Part shown: one piece after another, positions 63,344 through 64,000 of the stretch
Layout of the letters: each line of letters starts with the position of its first letter
Numbering within the stretch: the stretch's first letter is position 1
Assembly (NCBI GenBank): GCA_965219095.1
Contig: CBDCMT010000001.1
Coordinates: 1,728,001-1,792,000 of the forward strand
DNA: 64,000 bases
From: Bdellovibrionales bacterium
GTDB taxonomy: Bacteria > Bdellovibrionota > Bdellovibrionia > Bdellovibrionales > UBA1609
Direction: 5' to 3'
The notes under the pieces: model-generated
What the model saw: only the letters and a program-made list of their open reading frames with translations
What the model was told of the DNA's origin: nothing
Database searches by the model: none
Position numbers and translations under genes: made by a program

Positions 63344-63526
63344 ATGGCTAGTAAAAAAGGCAAAGTCCGTATCATCACTTTAGAATGCACAGAGGCTCGC
63401 AAATTAGGTCGCCCTCCCTCTCGCTATACAACTAAAAAAAACATTCAAAAGCACCCTGAAAGACTTGAGAGAAAAAAATATAACCCCCACCTTCAAAAAC
63501 ATACTGTACATAAAGAGATTAAGTAA
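63344..63526 (+). CDS. rpmG: 50S ribosomal protein L33
   Basis: [24 protein letters not shown] and HTVHKEIK. Confidence 0.95.
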   Translation: MASKKGKVRIITLECTEARKLGRPPSRYTTKKNIQKHPERLERKKYNPHLQKHTVHKEIK

Positions 63527-63546
63527 AAAATTGATTCAAGGTAATT

Positions 63547-64000
63547 TTAAAAAAGACATCCTATTTTCTTATTAAAGCCTTTTATTGTGATATCAATTTC
63601 AGAATTTTCCTTGATAAAACAACTTTCAGGTAACAAAACTTTCCAATAATCTCGGCTTAAGCCTTTTGTTTTATTTTTTAAAACTAAGACTTTCTTTACA
63701 CTTCCTATTTGCTGATAAGCAAGCTTCCGAAACCTCTCATAACTTAAAGCCCTTAAACGTCTTGCCCTATGGACTACAACTTTACGATCTAAGCCTTTTA
63801 GTTTTAAAGCGTAAGTATAAGGACGAGGGGAGTAGGGAAAAACGTGAATTTGAGACCAAAAGCTATTTTCTAAACTCTTGTATGTTTCTAAAAACTGAGT
63901 TTCGCTTTCTGTTGGAAAACCTGCAATAACGTCCATACCTACAAAAGCTTCTGAGAATTTTTTGTGAATTTTTTCAAAGGTCTTTAAAACTTCTTTTGCA
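63547..64000 (-). CDS. Radical-SAM tRNA methylthiotransferase, MtaB/MiaB family (C-terminal part; runs off window)
   Basis: DVIAGFPTE and HVFPYSPRP..T; frame open to the window edge. Confidence 0.85.
   Translation of the reverse strand, partial: AKEVLKTFEKIHKKFSEAFVGMDVIAGFPTESETQFLETYKSLENSFWSQIHVFPYSPRPYTYALKLKGLDRKVVVHRARRLRALSYERFRKLAYQQIGSVKKVLVLKNKTKGLSRDYWKVLLPESCFIKENSEIDITIKGFNKKIGCLF

Noticed and set aside
833..63929. Many 60-120 aa ORFs overlapping identified genes on the other strand or frame
   Set aside because: No motifs or SD; explained as shadow ORFs

Overview
AT-rich bacterial chromosomal window. Gene content suggests a Bdellovibrionota-like organism, but this is inference and was not tested. 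Core blocks: (1) the spc-secY-alpha ribosomal cluster (1-7958), which lacks rpsN, map/infA and rpsD and has an RpoA with a long Pro/Thr tail; (2) LTA-synthase-like gene, clpA, htpX and pcnB (13.2-19.9 kb); (3) tRNA-Ala, rarA, a DHH phosphoesterase, gloB, rpmG and a partial mtaB-like gene (54.6-64 kb). About 20-54.6 kb is an IS-riddled, decaying defence/accessory island ending in an integrase remnant beside the tRNA-Ala 3' end. It holds ISL3, IS630, IS110/IS1111, IS66, IS982, IS5, IS1634, ISAzo13, IS3 and IS30 pieces, two broken Type III Res genes, a truncated SF1 helicase and a Fic gene. Main highlights: (a) an intact, tightly coupled operon joining a Septu/PtuAB-like ATPase-HNH pair to an NspC-like PLP decarboxylase and a DUF3326-like protein; (b) an IS1111-type element whose right non-coding end folds like a bridge/seek RNA, with guide-like segments matching its own ends and the inverted repeat of the resident IS630; (c) ultra-short ISL3 scars, one with a perfect 8-bp target duplication; (d) a shared palindromic operator upstream of defence genes; (e) a paralog pair with constant ends and a variable core. 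Family calls come from motif recognition only; no database search was run.
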